Translations under genes and position numbers: made by a program
Assembly (NCBI RefSeq): GCF_009834535.1
Contig: NC_045697.1
Location: 71,860,001 to 71,924,000 of the forward strand
Reading direction: 5' to 3'
From: Camelus ferus
Lineage: Eukaryota
DNA: 64,000 nt
Part shown: positions 24,941 to 37,745 of the stretch, piece after piece
Position numbering within the stretch: position 1 is the stretch's first letter
Layout of the letters: the number at the start of each line of letters is the position of its first letter
The notes under the pieces: model-generated
Seen by the model: only the letters and a program-made list of their open reading frames with translations
What the model was told of the DNA's origin: nothing
Database searches by the model: none

Positions 24941-25984
24941 TATTTTAAAGAGAGACAAGTGGTGGTGGAGCCAAAGTCTGGCAGAATTCCCAGTGCTCTC
25001 TGGAGTCAAATGGATCACACAGTAAAAAATTAACATCAGTATTTCAAAGACCGGCACCACCAGCAATTAATGTCAGAATATCACGGATTTTTGTTCTCCC
25101 CTCATTGGTTAACTTGATCATTCCTACCTGTTGCCAGAGACTATTAATGTCTTGAGTGATCAATTTTCCATACTTACAGATTCACCCAGGAGAAAATAGA
25201 GTGTGCCTCTGAAAAACAGAAATCATATTGAAACAAGTGGGTCCCATCTGTTAGAAAGTAAGTATCATTTAAAAAAAAATGTTTTTTTAAAAAAGAAACT
25301 GTATTCATTTGAATAGCCACCAGGCATCGTGGAAATGAAACAACATAACTTGGATCGATCTTTTTAAGTGATTTCCTTAACGGCCTGTACTTCATGACGT
25401 TCCCTGGGTTTTTGTAAAGTGTATAATTAAGGAGTGGTGGCAGAGGGGGTAGAGCAGGCATTGAAAAGTGTGCAGGAGGGCAGTGCCTAGGTGTCACATT
25501 ATTAAGCCTGATATGGACGTTCAAGAAGCACCACTAATTAGGCATTCAGGGCTCTCAGGGCCAAATGTTCCCATTTTTGCTCCCCTGAATAAGGTGATAA
25601 CCAAGGCAAGCACACGGTTACAGAGCAGAGCAAGCAAGAGGCAGAATCAAAGGGCAGAAAACTAGAGCTTGAAAACTAGAGCTTTCAGTGGGGGATGGAG
25701 AACTGCCCTCTGCTTGGGCAATTCTAATCATTGGAAGGATGAGGAGATCCAATGACGCAAACGAGCCTGTGAATTACAGCCACAAAGACCACTTGATAGC
25801 TGGAGAAGTCTCCCTGGACATCAAGGTAGTCCTAGCTCCTTAGCAAACCAGGTCCAGTTTATCTGGTCCTCTCCAGCCTCAGTCCAAACCCCAGCCCCAG
25901 TCCAAACCCCAGCCCTAACTAACACCTGCCCTACAGAACCACCTCCTGTCCTACCATCCAGGCCCTGTCTTGTGTCTGGATCTC

Positions 25985-26312
25985 TGGTCTTCTGCTTAGA
26001 ATTGCCCTTCTCTGTTTCCTAACCCTTCTATCTCTGGCCAACTCCCACTTGTTCTTTTTCTCTCAACTAAACACTAGTTTCCAGGCAGCCTTTCCTGCCC
26101 CTTGCCCCTCCCTCATGAGCAGAGCCTTTCTGTCTCCTTGGGTAACACCATGTGCTCCCTCTGCATGGTGTACTCACCACTCTTTATCACCCATTCATAT
26201 GGTTTCCCCCAGGTGACTTGCATGATCTAAGAGCTTGGCGGTCCAGCTGCTCTTCCTAACATATCCCCAGCATCCTACGCACAATGCATGCTCAATAAGC
26301 AACTGCTGACTA
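25985..26312 (+). mobile_element. L2 3' end
   Basis: ttctgcttagaattgcccttc..ctggccaactcccacttgttc..atccccagcatcct..atgctcaataag. Confidence 0.65.
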
Positions 26313-26394
26313 TTCAGTGTTAACAGGAGAAGAAGGTGTGCTCAAGTCCTGGAACTGGCTAGACTGTCTATGAATGCTCCTTATGACACTTAAA

Positions 26395-26555
26395 AACTGT
26401 GTGACCATGATCAGGATGGTCCTCTTTTCTGTAAAGTGAGATATAATTAGAGTTGTTCACAGGTTGTGGTGAGCATTTATAGAAGGCAATACATGGAAAG
26501 CATTTAGTTCACACATGTTTTACTGATGCATGACATATCAATGGTAGCTCTTTTG
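26395..26555 (+). mobile_element. MIR fragment
   Basis: ctgtgtgacc..tctgtaaagtgagatataatt..cacaggttgtggtgagcatt..atacatggaaagcatttag. Confidence 0.7.
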
Positions 26556-27579
26556 ACAGTAATGTTATTAGAGACAGCTAAAGTTAGTTAAGTGTATTTC
26601 TCTACTTTACAAGCAGTGTTCATTTAAGTCATCAATTATAGAGGTTACCATAAATACATGGACCTGCTTTAAATGCTCCTTAAGGGAGTTCATTCGGTAG
26701 GTTTATGCTTTTTAATTTCATAACAGTAATCTATTCTCTGGTTTCGATCAACAACAAGCTACAAGGAGTCGTGGTTAAAGCAAAAACTTACTAAATGAGG
26801 GGTAGAGGTAGGGGGAACAGAGAAATCGAACCCACCATAGGGAGTGAAACCCAAAGAAATCTAGATTCTGAATGTCTGTCCATTCTCACAGAGCCCGATG
26901 TCTTCAACCTCCTTTTTTAAGGTTTAAAGAGACCATTTCTTTTTTATCATGTGATAGAAGTGGCAGATTCTTGCCACAGAATTTAAGCTTAAATTTAGAA
27001 ATGGGGTGAGGCCTGTAAGTAACAAAGACAGCAATTTAAAATGACAGCCTCAAGGAAGGTCAAAGTGCAGTTCTCTTGGCATTTTCTGCCCAAGTTAGAA
27101 CAGTTACTACCAGACTTAAGAGCTCTTCATTGATATTCAAGGAAGGAAACACACTTTCCAAGGACGAGTTTCTTAACCAGTTTGTTTCAAAAGTTATATA
27201 TTCAGACTTGCCGTTGAAAATGGTTTTGAGGAGTTTTGCTTAAATTCACTCTGACTGCTGTTGTTGCTTTGTTTTACGAAAAGCTATCTGCCCCTAACCT
27301 GTCTTGATCATGGTAAGTTATGTTCTATCAGAAAGTCTGAAACTAAGTCAAGAAAACCATGTGGAGCTGAATGGCAGTAACATGAAAAACGTATTACTTA
27401 ATAGGCGTGGTTTTTCCATGACAATGTTTATGAATGATAAGTTCAAAGAAGAGAAATATAAACTATAAACGTATACAGGATTTGTCATCATGGTTGGAGG
27501 CACTCAGCTCACAAGGGAGCCAAACCATCCTGACTCATTAGATCTGCAAGGCCACGTTTGACATGTGCTCTGTGGAAAT

Positions 27580-27860
27580 CACGCTCATAGTTCTGTGCCT
27601 GGCACAGAGGTGATGCTCAGGGAACATTTATGGATTGATCAAATGGGTTGTGTTGAGCTGGTTCTAAACCTGACTCCACAACTTGCTAAAAGTTCTTGTC
27701 CAAGTTATTCAACTTCTCTGAGCTTCAGTTTCTTTATGGTAAGCTTAAAATCATACCATGTAGTCTGTATCATCTTAGTGAGAATCAAAATAAGATGACA
27801 TGTAAAACAGTTAGTGCAGTGTCTGTACTAGTAGATGTTCAGTAATTGGTGCTATTTTTA
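27580..27860 (+). mobile_element. L2 3' tip followed by MIR
   Basis: gtgcctggcacagaggtgatgctcagggaacatttatggattga, then caagttattcaacttctctgagcttcagtttcttt..gtgagaatcaaaataagatgacatgtaaaacagttagtgcagtgtctg. Confidence 0.7.
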
Positions 27861-28254
27861 TTTTGATTCTTTCAGATATAAAGATTAATGGTGGAAATTT
27901 TGGGATCTTGCTTTCAAATCATCACAATAGGCAAATGAAACTTACTAAGTTATAGACATGCAATTATAATCACCTCAATCAGCTAAAATGAGTAATCCTA
28001 GAATAAAATAAGGGGTGCATAGTTAGCCTACATTATATTTAATGATTGGAGGAGTTCTCTGAGACTTGCATAGAAATGGACCATAACTTCAACTCTAGAA
28101 ATCTTACTCTGTACATTTTCAGCAGTTGCCTCAGAGTTTGGATAAAGCTGCCTGGTACATTGGTAGCTCTCCTTTTTGTGGAATATTATTTTACTGGCAA
28201 CACCACTCAGGAAAAAGAAAAACAACAATAACAAAAACACCTCATGTGTAATAT

Positions 28255-28520
28255 TGCATATAGAATGAGACTATGAACTTTGAAATAAGAGATCAGTGTT
28301 CCACTCCTAGCTCTACCACTAAGCTGTGGGATACTATTAGGCAGGTTAGTCTTTCTAAACCTCAAGTTTTTCATCTTTAAATTGGGAGTAATGTTACCTC
28401 AGATTGTTGAGAATAGTAGATGAAATAATGTATATAATACATATATGTAATAAAATGCCTTTTGTGCTTGTCAGGTAGTAAGTGCTCAATAAATATTCTC
28501 TGTCATCATCATCGTCATCA
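28255..28520 (+). mobile_element. MIR SINE (near full length)
   Basis: cctagctctaccact..gcaggtta..aaacctcaagtttttcatctttaaattggg..tagtaagtgctcaataaat. Confidence 0.85.
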
Positions 28521-30014
28521 TCAACATTGAGGAAATGTGAGTAGATCTTGATTTGCAAGACACTTTGATGTTATTTGTTTGTAGCTGGGTCTAGACTATG
28601 TTTAGAAATGCTCATATTTGGTAGAAAAAGGAGACAAGAAGAGAAGAGGAGGTGTGAGAGCGTCTAGATCTCAGTATATCTACTTAGCTTTGTCTGAAAA
28701 CTTAAACTTTATAATCCAAAAGTGGAACAGAGTCTATCAGAAGTTTGCCTATGCCTTGTAAGTCTTCTCCAGAATTGGCCAGAAGTGTCCAAGTGACAAA
28801 AAGAAAGCTTGTTTTTTGACATACTGGTTTACATGTACATGAGAGCCAATTCCAGCACATTGCTACAAACTGTCCATTTTATCACATTCACAGTGTTTTC
28901 CATTGTAAAATAGTCACAAAATCAAAATATTACCATCTCAAAGCCGAAATGATAAAACAAATGGAAAAGGAAACCACCAACAGTAAACTGACCCCTTCTA
29001 ACCCTACCATCAATTTCCACAGAATGACACTCCAGCCTTCACAGCTCCTCTCTGCCAGTTCTCCACAACCCACCCTGCCGCCTCCAAATCCTGCTGCTCC
29101 CAAGTCTGCTCAATCAATCTTTCATCCTCCCTTCATCCCTACCCACTCCTTTTCGCTGACAACCTGGCTACCCAGATGTGTGAGGAATTATATGGTAACT
29201 GTTTTTTGAGATTTATCTTGATATTCAAAACAGAGAGAAAAAAAGCACAGAGGCACAGAGGAAAAATAGAGATGGGACTGGGAGCCAAGATGCAGACAAT
29301 ATCATTGGGATACGTGACCTAATTGGGCAAGAAAGAAGAAAACTAAAGGTCCTTAGAGGAATGTACTTTCACTCTAGAAAGAATTTTGGTTTAATCAAGT
29401 CTGAAGAATGAAGGCCATATAGCATATACAGGGCAAAAGTTCGAAGTTATATGTTATCATCCGCAAAAGGATGTCACAGGGGAAATTCTTGGCAGTTCAC
29501 GTTATACAGTATTTGGCTGAAAAAGTTCAAAGCCATTTGTTGCTGTCGTTGCTGTATTTTTCCAAAATCATTTCCTATTGATTCAGCACACCAGGAAACC
29601 ATGGCTGGCTTCACCCTGCCAAATAGGAGTTTCTACTTTGCTGACTGGGTAGCATCCAAGAGCCACATTATATTGGAGACAATAAGCACCATGCCTTTGA
29701 AAGGAACCATTTGTGTAGGCAAGTGGGGAATGTCTCACTAATTTCTCATCAATTCTGGGACTGAGTTATCACTTTTCATCCTACCCTGCAATTTAGGCTG
29801 TTTATTGCTCCACCTTGGATACAAGTTTTCTACTCTAGGATGGGATGACCCAGTCTGGCTTACTCCCCTTCCCCACAGCTTCCCCTAAGAGATCCCGATA
29901 TCCTGACAGGCAAGTTTGTCAAAAACTGTATACTTTAGAAATAGACCCTGGATGGGAGAATAGCATAGCGGTAGATGCAATATTCAGACATCTGTTTTGT
30001 ATAACAGGATGTTT

Positions 30015-30210
30015 GGTAGCACAATATGGCAGGAGATTAATATAATAGTCAGAGGAACTGGATATGACCTTTAAGTGATGTAAGTGTCAGGATCTTTATC
30101 TATAACGTGAGGATAATAATGATTGTGCTTTTCACAGCATTGTTGTCAGGAAGAAAGAAAAATGTACACAAAATCTCTATGCAAAATAGACAAATGGAGG
30201 GGATTATTTT
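30015..30210 (+). mobile_element. Degraded MIR
   Basis: tagtcagaggaactggat..atctataacgtgaggataataatgat..cacagcattgttgtcagga. Confidence 0.55.
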
Positions 30211-30849
30211 GTTAGCTGCAAAAGAATTGCAAGGTTTAATTTTGCCAACAAGAAATTTGTCCTTTAGAGACTGAATATGAGAGACTAAATAGCTTGTTCA
30301 AATGCATTTTCCAAGCTTGCTACTTTTACAGGTAGAAAAGTGAATGGCATAACTGTTTTTATTTTAGTTTGCATTTATAAAACCAGGTAGATAGAGCTGA
30401 GTGGATGCTTAATTATCCCGTTGGGAAGTGCAGCAGAGCCATATCAATCATTTGGAGGCTCCCAGATGACAAGGCTAGACTAATGACTCAACTTATTTGA
30501 CAACTGGCAAATGACAGGAGTGCCAAAACCAAGAGCTTGAAACATCAGACAGAGTCCAAAGTAAATCTTTGAGATAGCTCCAAATTCTATCCATTACCAA
30601 CCACACCTGCCTGCAGCAAGGGTATCTGCATTAAGCCATTATTGTTGCCAGGAGTGCTATGCTAGGAAAAGAAGGACAAATTACAGAGACAATGTGACTG
30701 GAATGATGCCGAATGGTTGATGTTTTCCAAGGCAAGTTTATCAGCAATTGCAGAACACAACTCTTCAGTAACCCTTGCCACTCTACCTCATTCATGTCTC
30801 TAGCAAAGCACTTGCATTTTCATATAAAGTTGGAAATTAAGTATGTAAT

Positions 30850-31160
30850 CTCTATCCACAGACTTTACTAAGAATTGAGTACTAAACATCACTTAGTCCT
30901 AGGGTTACAAAAGTGACTTTGCATCCTAGTGATGGAGGTAAACCTTTTACTGTCGACCGCAAGATACTGGCATTATGTGCAAGGTGCTTTAGGAACCAAA
31001 ACTGCAGAATTTATTTCTCCCAGGAGATAAAAGGAAGTCCAGGAAAGGCTTCATAAGGAAGTGCCGTGAGCTGAGTCTTGAAAGATGCGCAGAAGTTTGG
31101 CAACATACAAAGGGGAAAATGAATTGTAGAGACAGGACATGGAGCGTGCAAAGGCAGGAG
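30850..31160 (-). mobile_element. L2 fragment
   Basis: caaggtgctttaggaacca..caggaaaggcttcataaggaagtg..tgagctgagtcttgaaagatg..gcgtgcaaaggcaggag. Confidence 0.7.
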
Positions 31161-32724
31161 AGAGCAGCTACCCTGAGGGAGCCGAAGGTGGCGGGTGTAG
31201 GGTGGGAAAGCTGGATTAGCCCCATATTTTCTGTCATGCCTCTCAAGTTTCTCATGAGGAAAAATTATTTTCTGGAATGTTGGGAGTGGTCTTGGTGGGA
31301 GTTGGGGGGAGACGTGGTGAATGACTGAGAGAAATAGGACAAACCTGAAGAATAAATTAACTAAATTTTCCTGAAAGTGAAGTTTCTGCATGGTAGAGCA
31401 TCTGCAGTGGCTGTTAGAAAATGCAGGGCTGATAGAAATGCCCTTAGTTGAAGAGGACAGACAGAACTGGAGCTGGGCATGAGTAGCTTAACCCTTTGAA
31501 ATTTGCGTAAAATACATCTCTTCTATGACATTGCTGGTAACCTCAGCTTCTGCCTGTGTCTGCTCCTGCATTGGGACTGGGGCCTCTCATGATATTTGTG
31601 CTCATCCTCTGGCCGGCACCACCTACATTGTTGCCTAAAATGAAAGCAAGTGACAAACACAGCCCTCCACGTCAAGGGACCTCTAGAACTAGGAATGATC
31701 TCTGTGTGTCTGATGGTAAGAAGAGCAACCTGTCCTTTTTTTTTCAAGTTCCCTATAGAACATTGACACAACACATTAAACCTAGAAATATTTCTTAGAA
31801 AAAGGATAAGAATGAAATAAAAAATTTTAAGTATGGTTTAGTTGTTGGATGTGACTTTCGTCCCACCAAGTTTTGGTTAAAAATAGTGAAATACATTACA
31901 AAGCAGAAATGAATTCCTTCACGTAGGCCACTAGAGCTACCTGATCCATGTTTCTGAAACATGAAATTGCTTGAACACAGTGGCAAAATAATTTATTTCT
32001 AAGTGATTTGTACCAAGATTCTATGGGCTTCACCATATATGATCCTTATGAAGACTCCACCGAATAAAAAGGTACAGATGAGCCAATATAACTAATTAAA
32101 AGCCAATACAAGCATAAATGCAAATTTCTTAATATTTCTCACAAAAATAAAATAGTTTGACAGTTTTTTACATCAAAGGAACATATAGGTGTAATGAGTT
32201 AATTGCCTCAACCATTCTTTTGTACATGCACAAATCTTTAAATTTTTCCTATGGAAAAGAAACTGCTAGTTTAAAAAGACCATTTTTGGAATTTGAAAAA
32301 AAAAAAAACAAGGTTGTTTCCATGTTCAGAAAGGACTGAGGATCCTTCAAGAGCTAATTATTGTTCTAAAAGGTGGCATCCATCCAGTCCTGACAAACAA
32401 AACTGACCACACCATTTTATCTCCCACTAACACAGGGCTGACGATTTGGAATGTCAAAGTGATGGCAGTAGATCAGCAGAGAATTACATTGAAAAGAATG
32501 ATACAGCTCGCTATATAGACGCTCCACTCCCAATTTTGTACAAGTGCCCTAAATTCCAAGTTTGTTTTTCACCTGCCAGCCCCATGGATATATATAAATT
32601 ATGATTCCTGCCTTAGAGTTACCAACTTCCTATGCCCCAACTTTAAAACTATAGACACACACACACACATAATTTAGGAAAATTACCTGATTAAACTTTT
32701 CTGTAAAGTTCTGCTTGATCCATG

Positions 32725-33200
32725 CATGTGATATCTTAAGAAAAAAGCCAATACAACCTCAAGTTACATTAATATAATAACCGTATTTCTAAACTTGAAT
32801 GGACTACCATTTTTGATTCTGTACTGCAGATATTAAAGAAAAGAGAACTTGGACAACTTGGAGTATGACAAGGATGTAGAAGTTCTGGAAGTCATGTTTT
32901 AAGTGAACGTATGACTAAATAGTGGAAAGATAACCTTCAGAAAAAATAGTGTAAGAAAAACTGCAAAAAACTGCCATGAGAAAGAATATATGGGTTTGTT
33001 TTACATTATATATAGAAAGCAGAATTAGGTAGGACAAAAAGTTAGCTATGAGAGTATTATGTTTAAGAAGGTAACTATGAATTTTTGAGCAACATAGCCA
33101 TTCCAGTAATGAGGTTGATAACCCTACAGATGCTGCACTTTCTCCCCACGCAGATGTGTGGATGAGCCTGGTATACTGGAATGACTTCTGTCATTAAGTT
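32725..33200 (+). mobile_element. L3/CR1 LINE ORF2 3' region (very decayed)
   Basis: aaaaaagccaatacaacctcaagttacattaat..ggacaacttggagt..acaaggatgtagaagttctggaagtcatg..aaaaaactgccatgagaaagaa follows the CR1 KKANAILGCI...KGCH layout. Confidence 0.6.
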
Positions 33201-34569
33201 TAAGGATGAAAATCTAGAATCACATAAAAGTCATTTTTTTCAAGATCTGATTGTTCAAGAAAAAAACAGCTGCTTCTGTTTATTTGGATGACCTAGAAAG
33301 TCATGCCATCCCTCTGAAATCTCCACTTTGGAATTAAACTGCTGCTATAAGTATTTATGAAACACCATCTTTCAGAAGGTCTTGCCCCTACCAAGACAGT
33401 AAATTCAATATCCTGATGAACATACTTTGAATGAATGAATGAATTGAATATGACCATCTGTGCACATGTAAATGCAGAAGAAACATTGTTGTCTCTGTTA
33501 TACAATTTGTATCTCTTAATTACACTGCTCACGTTTTATAAAGAGTCAGACCCTGCCTGCGTACAAGATTGTGGGCATCCACATTTAAGGTAATAGTCAT
33601 GGGCCATTGGGAAGGAGTTTCTTTCTCTGCATTTTTATGAAGCTTAAATACTTATTTTGATGGAGATTAATGTTCCCTCTATAATTAAGTACAAACCAAG
33701 TATTCAATCACTGTACCTCCCCAATTATCAGTCCATACTTAACTCATCACCAACTTAAGATGAGCATGTTGAAAATGTGTCTTCTGAGTTAAGATTTCAC
33801 TTTAATAGTGTGCTCTTAATGACTTTTTTCTCCTTAGTATTTACCTCTTGTGAATTATAATTTGATAGCTTGAAACGTTTTTTAATGCGGTTAACTTGTG
33901 CCAAACTGACTAGCTATTATAGAGATGGAAGACTCTTTGGCTGTGACAAATAGTAAAAGAAGGAAAACAATTAAAACATATATGCAATAAATCTTCCAAC
34001 CAGATGATTTCTAACATACCTTTCAGGTCTTAAAGTCTAAGGCCCAGTGATATCTACATAAATATAGATTCTTACAATACAGCCTTTTGTAACTGGCATA
34101 AAGAACAAGTAAAGAGAAAAAGTAAGCTTATATTTGAGAGATAATAACCTTGGCCACAAAACTGAATGCCTGGTCAACTGAAAGATAAGAGAGCACGAAC
34201 GTGCAAATAAAAAGAGACAAAGAAGCTCTGGGACTTCCTTTGTGAAGGACCCTGACTGTTCAGTCTTGATCTCTTTATTAAATGATGTCTCTGAGTGTTG
34301 CCCCAAACCGTGGCGTGAAAACTAGAACTGTTTGGAGTCCACATGCATATTATTTAGCCAAGAGACATAGACATAAATAAAATTGCCACAAACTGGCAAG
34401 TAAATTACTTGAAGAACAGAAATATGATAAAGGATATTTATCTTTTGCTATATTTCATAGATGCCCAAAGTGGAAATTATCCTCTCGTGGTGCATAGTTT
34501 TGAGGCACTTTGCCCCAAGCATGTTAGGGTTTCAACTGAGGGTGGCATGTGAGAAAGGATTAAGGTATT

Positions 34570-35670
34570 CATTGTAAATAAGTTTATCTATGAATGACAA
34601 AAGGTACAAAATAGTATTAGCTTTAAAAAAAATAGAAATTTATTTCTCTCTCCAGCAAACTATAGTAAGATCCTTCTATTTTGTGGGCCACTGGTATGGC
34701 CCAATTTTATTGTCAAATTCACCTCATAATCCAAAATGGTTACCCCAGCTCCAGCCATCATATCTCCATTACAGTAAATTAAGGTAAGAAAAAGGAAGGA
34801 GAAAGGCATACCTTCACCCAAAAACAATTAAAAGTTTTCATAAGATTTTTAATGTTTTCATCACAAAAAAATTTTTTTTGTAACTACAGTGATGAATGTC
34901 AACTAGATTTATTGCAGTTTTCACAGTATACACAAATATGGAATCATTATGTTATACATCTGAAACTATATAATGTTTTATTATCAATTATAAATTGATA
35001 TAAATTTTAAAAGGAAAAAATAGATAAATTGGACTTCATCAAAATTAAAAGCTTTTAAGTTTCAAAGTAAGAAAGTGAAAACATAACCCACAGAATGGGA
35101 GAAAATATTTTCAAATCAGGTATCTGATAATGGTCTAGTATCCAAAATATATAAAGAATTTTTACAACTCAACATTAAAGAGACAAAAACCACAATTAAA
35201 AATTGGGCAAAGAATTAGAACCCAAGTCTCTTGATTCTGATAAGATAGCAATATCTTATCAACAAACATGAGAAAAGATGAGCAGCATCATTAGTCATCA
35301 GGGAAACACAATCAAAACCACCGTGAGATATCACTTTACACCCACTAAGATGACTATAAGCAAAACTATAAACAATAACGTGTTAGAGAGAGGGAGAAAT
35401 AGAGGATGTGGTACAGTGTTTACACTTGCGTGAGACTCTGGGGGAAGAGCATACAGGAATTCTTATTTATTTATATAAAATACTTCATGACTTTCAAAAA
35501 AAAAATTCCCAAAAGTTTCCCAATAGTTCTACTTACAGCTTATTGGTCAAAATTTAGTCAAATGACTATTGGGCTACAAAGGAAACTATTAAAAATAAAC
35601 TTTATTCTGGTTGGAATAACCCAATGCCCAGTGAAAATTTGAGAATCCCATTATTGAGGAAGAAGGAGAG
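34570..35670 (-). mobile_element. Old MaLR LTR (MLT1J/K-like) split by L1 sequence at about 34825-35500
   Basis: atagaaatttatttctctc..ccaaaatggttaccccagctccagccatcatatc on the left; cttattggtcaaaatttagtcaaatgact..gctacaaaggaaact on the right. Confidence 0.6.
34835..35500 (+). mobile_element. L1 fragments (L1MA-type 3'UTR piece + ORF2 C-terminal piece)
   Basis: tatacacaaatatggaatcattatgttatacatctgaaact; tagataaattggacttcatcaaaattaaaa..cccacagaatgggagaaaatattt..cattagtcatcagggaaa..caaaaccaccgtgagatatcactttacacccactaagatg. Confidence 0.9.
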
Positions 35671-35829
35671 ACCTAGGGTATCATGAAATTTATCTTCCAA
35701 ACTGCAACTTTATTGAGTTGCAAGAGGGCACCATTAATAATTAATCCAGGACAGCACATATCGACTGTGACGTGTGGTCACCTTGGGGAGTTCAGATATT
35801 GGGGCACAGCAAGCCGTCTCTACTACTGT

Positions 35830-36105
35830 TAATAATACTGGCTACCATTTCTGAAAGCCCCAAATGTGCGAGCCATGTAGTAGTCACTTGGTTTTTGCTC
35901 ATTACTTTATTAAATAGTTATACTTATAATATTAATCCCCATGACAATCTTATGAATTCAATATTTTTGCCCCCCATTTTAATGTTTAAAAGACTAATGT
36001 GCAAAGAAGTTATTTAACTTGCCCACAGTCACACAGACAGTAAGTGTCAAATCTTAGAATCAAATTCACTGCTTTCTGAGTGCAGAGTTCCTGTTCTTTC
36101 ACAAC
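35830..36105 (-). mobile_element. MIR SINE
   Basis: attaatccccatgacaatcttatga..cccccatttta..gaagttatttaacttgcccacagtcacacagacagtaagtg. Confidence 0.85.
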
Positions 36106-36159
36106 CTTGGTCCCAGCTGCCGTTGATTTTTGTAAAAGTAAGCTCTCTGGCCTCAAAGG

Positions 36160-36463
36160 CATTATGCTAAGTTAAAGATGCCTAACATAAAAGAATGTAC
36201 ACAATATGATTCTATGTATATAAAGCTTGAGGAAAAGCAAAACTACAGTGATAGAATGCAGATCAGTGGTTGTGGAGGGAGGAATCAGTGAGGGGATGAT
36301 CTGCAAAGAAGCAGGAGGGCAGGGCAGTTTTGAGGGTGATGGAAATGCTCTGTCGATCATGCTGGAGGTTACGTGGTTGAGTTCATTTATTAAAACTCAT
36401 TGACTGCACACATAGTATCGGTAAGTTTTATTGTATACAAATTATACTTCAATAAAGTTGACA
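36160..36463 (+). mobile_element. L1ME/MC-type 3'UTR
   Basis: attatgctaagttaaagatgcc..atgattctatgtatataaag..gagggtgatggaaatgctct..ttttattgtatacaaattatacttcaataaagttg. Confidence 0.85.
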
Positions 36464-36467
36464 AGAA

Positions 36468-36484
36468 ATAGATGATAGATAGAT

Positions 36485-36560
<76 letters not shown>
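36468..36560. repeat. (GATA)n tetranucleotide microsatellite
   Basis: About 90 bp of gata/taga units with a long uninterrupted core. Confidence 0.98.
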
Positions 36561-36561
<1 letters not shown>

Positions 36562-36762
36562 GAGATCCATCAGCTGATCTCTGGTAGGCCAAAAAAAGAA
36601 AATAAAGATGGCCAAGATATCAGAGGTATGGGAGATGTGAGTTTACAGCTTTCTACTCACGACACAATATTCTCCTTTGTCTTACCAGAAGTGGAGACTG
36701 AATAGGGTATTTTCCATTTCACTAGCCCTTGTGTATTTCTGTGGCCTTGCAAATTTGCTATT

Positions 36763-37042
36763 CATTTTTTAAAAATTGAAGTACAGTTGATTTACAATGT
36801 TGTGTTAGTTTCCGGTGTACGGCATAGTGATTCAGTTTTACACAGATACACATATATATTCTTTTTCATTACAGGTTATTACAAGATATTGAATATAGTT
36901 CCCTGAGTTATAGAGTAGAACCTTGTTGTTCATTTATGTTATATAAAGTAATGTGCATCTGCTAATCCCAAGCTCCTAATTTACCTCCCCCCTCTACCCC
37001 TTTGGCAACCATAAGCTTTTTCCCTGTGTCTCTGAGTCTGTT
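36763..37042 (-). mobile_element. Young L1 3'UTR, cetartiodactyl type
   Basis: ttttttaaaaattgaagtacagttgatttacaatgttgtgttagtttccggtgtac..aatatagttccctg..gcaaccataag..tgagtctgtt; reverse-complement relative of 11320-11912. Confidence 0.93.
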
Positions 37043-37339
37043 AGAGTTCTTGATTGGGCCTCTTCTTCCAGAAACCCCAAGAGACCTCCTTTCTAGTAAC
37101 AGGATTCTTCCTCTTCCAGGTGTCACTTGCTTCTGCCTAACCTGATCACATGGTTATATTCATTTTTTTCTTCCTCCACCTGTTTATTTGATTATCTATG
37201 TGTATAGAACTACTGAATGATCAAACCTATTGATCCCCTAGGAGCAAATGGACAAGCCCCTGCAGTACCTGTTCCAAGAAAACGCTTCCAAGAAAAGGAA
37301 TACTGGGACCTTCGGCAGCAGGGTTGCTATGGTCTTATG

Positions 37340-37615
37340 AAATACTTTGCATGCTGGAGAGAGGAGTTTTTACCCACGTTGGTCACCAAATGAGAGATAT
37401 TTGTAGGGATTTCTATAGATTTTATGCAGGGGAGACACCGCAAAAACCATGCTTCAGTAAAATAAGCCTGGAAAAGCTTTACAAGGATGAATTAGAGGAA
37501 AGAGAGATGGTAGGAGGTGAAATCAATTAGGAAGACTTCGCAATAGTCCGAGAAAGAGCCAACGAGGGCTGAACAAAGCGCGGCAGTGGGCGCAGACAGG
37601 CAGGGAGAAGTGGGA
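37340..37615 (-). mobile_element. L2 fragment (right-hand part unusually CpG-rich)
   Basis: ttttatgcaggggagac..caattaggaagacttcgcaatagtccgagaaagagccaacgagggctgaacaaagcgcggcagtggg matches antisense L2 (cagttaggaggctgttgcagtagtccagg..gagggcctgaactagggcagtggcagtggg). Confidence 0.6.
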
Positions 37616-37745
37616 GGAGGCACTGAGCGCTGCGGAGGAGGAGCGACCTCCTCCTTCCCCCACCGCCCTCCAGCCCAAGCCCAGAAGCGCAGTGGGGAGG
37701 AAAAGCGCACGGTCTGACGAGTAAAGGTGTGGGCGGCCCCGGAAC
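37535..37745. promoter_or_regulatory. Small CpG-rich promoter/enhancer-like patch
   Basis: 16 CpGs counted in 37539-37741; GC boxes ccgccc (37663) and gggcgg (37731); ETS-like ccggaa (37739); half-CRE tgacg (37715). Confidence 0.5.

Noticed and set aside
37310..37320. cttcggcagca matches the U6 snRNA 5' region
   Set aside because: Only 11 nt, and the flanks do not continue the match
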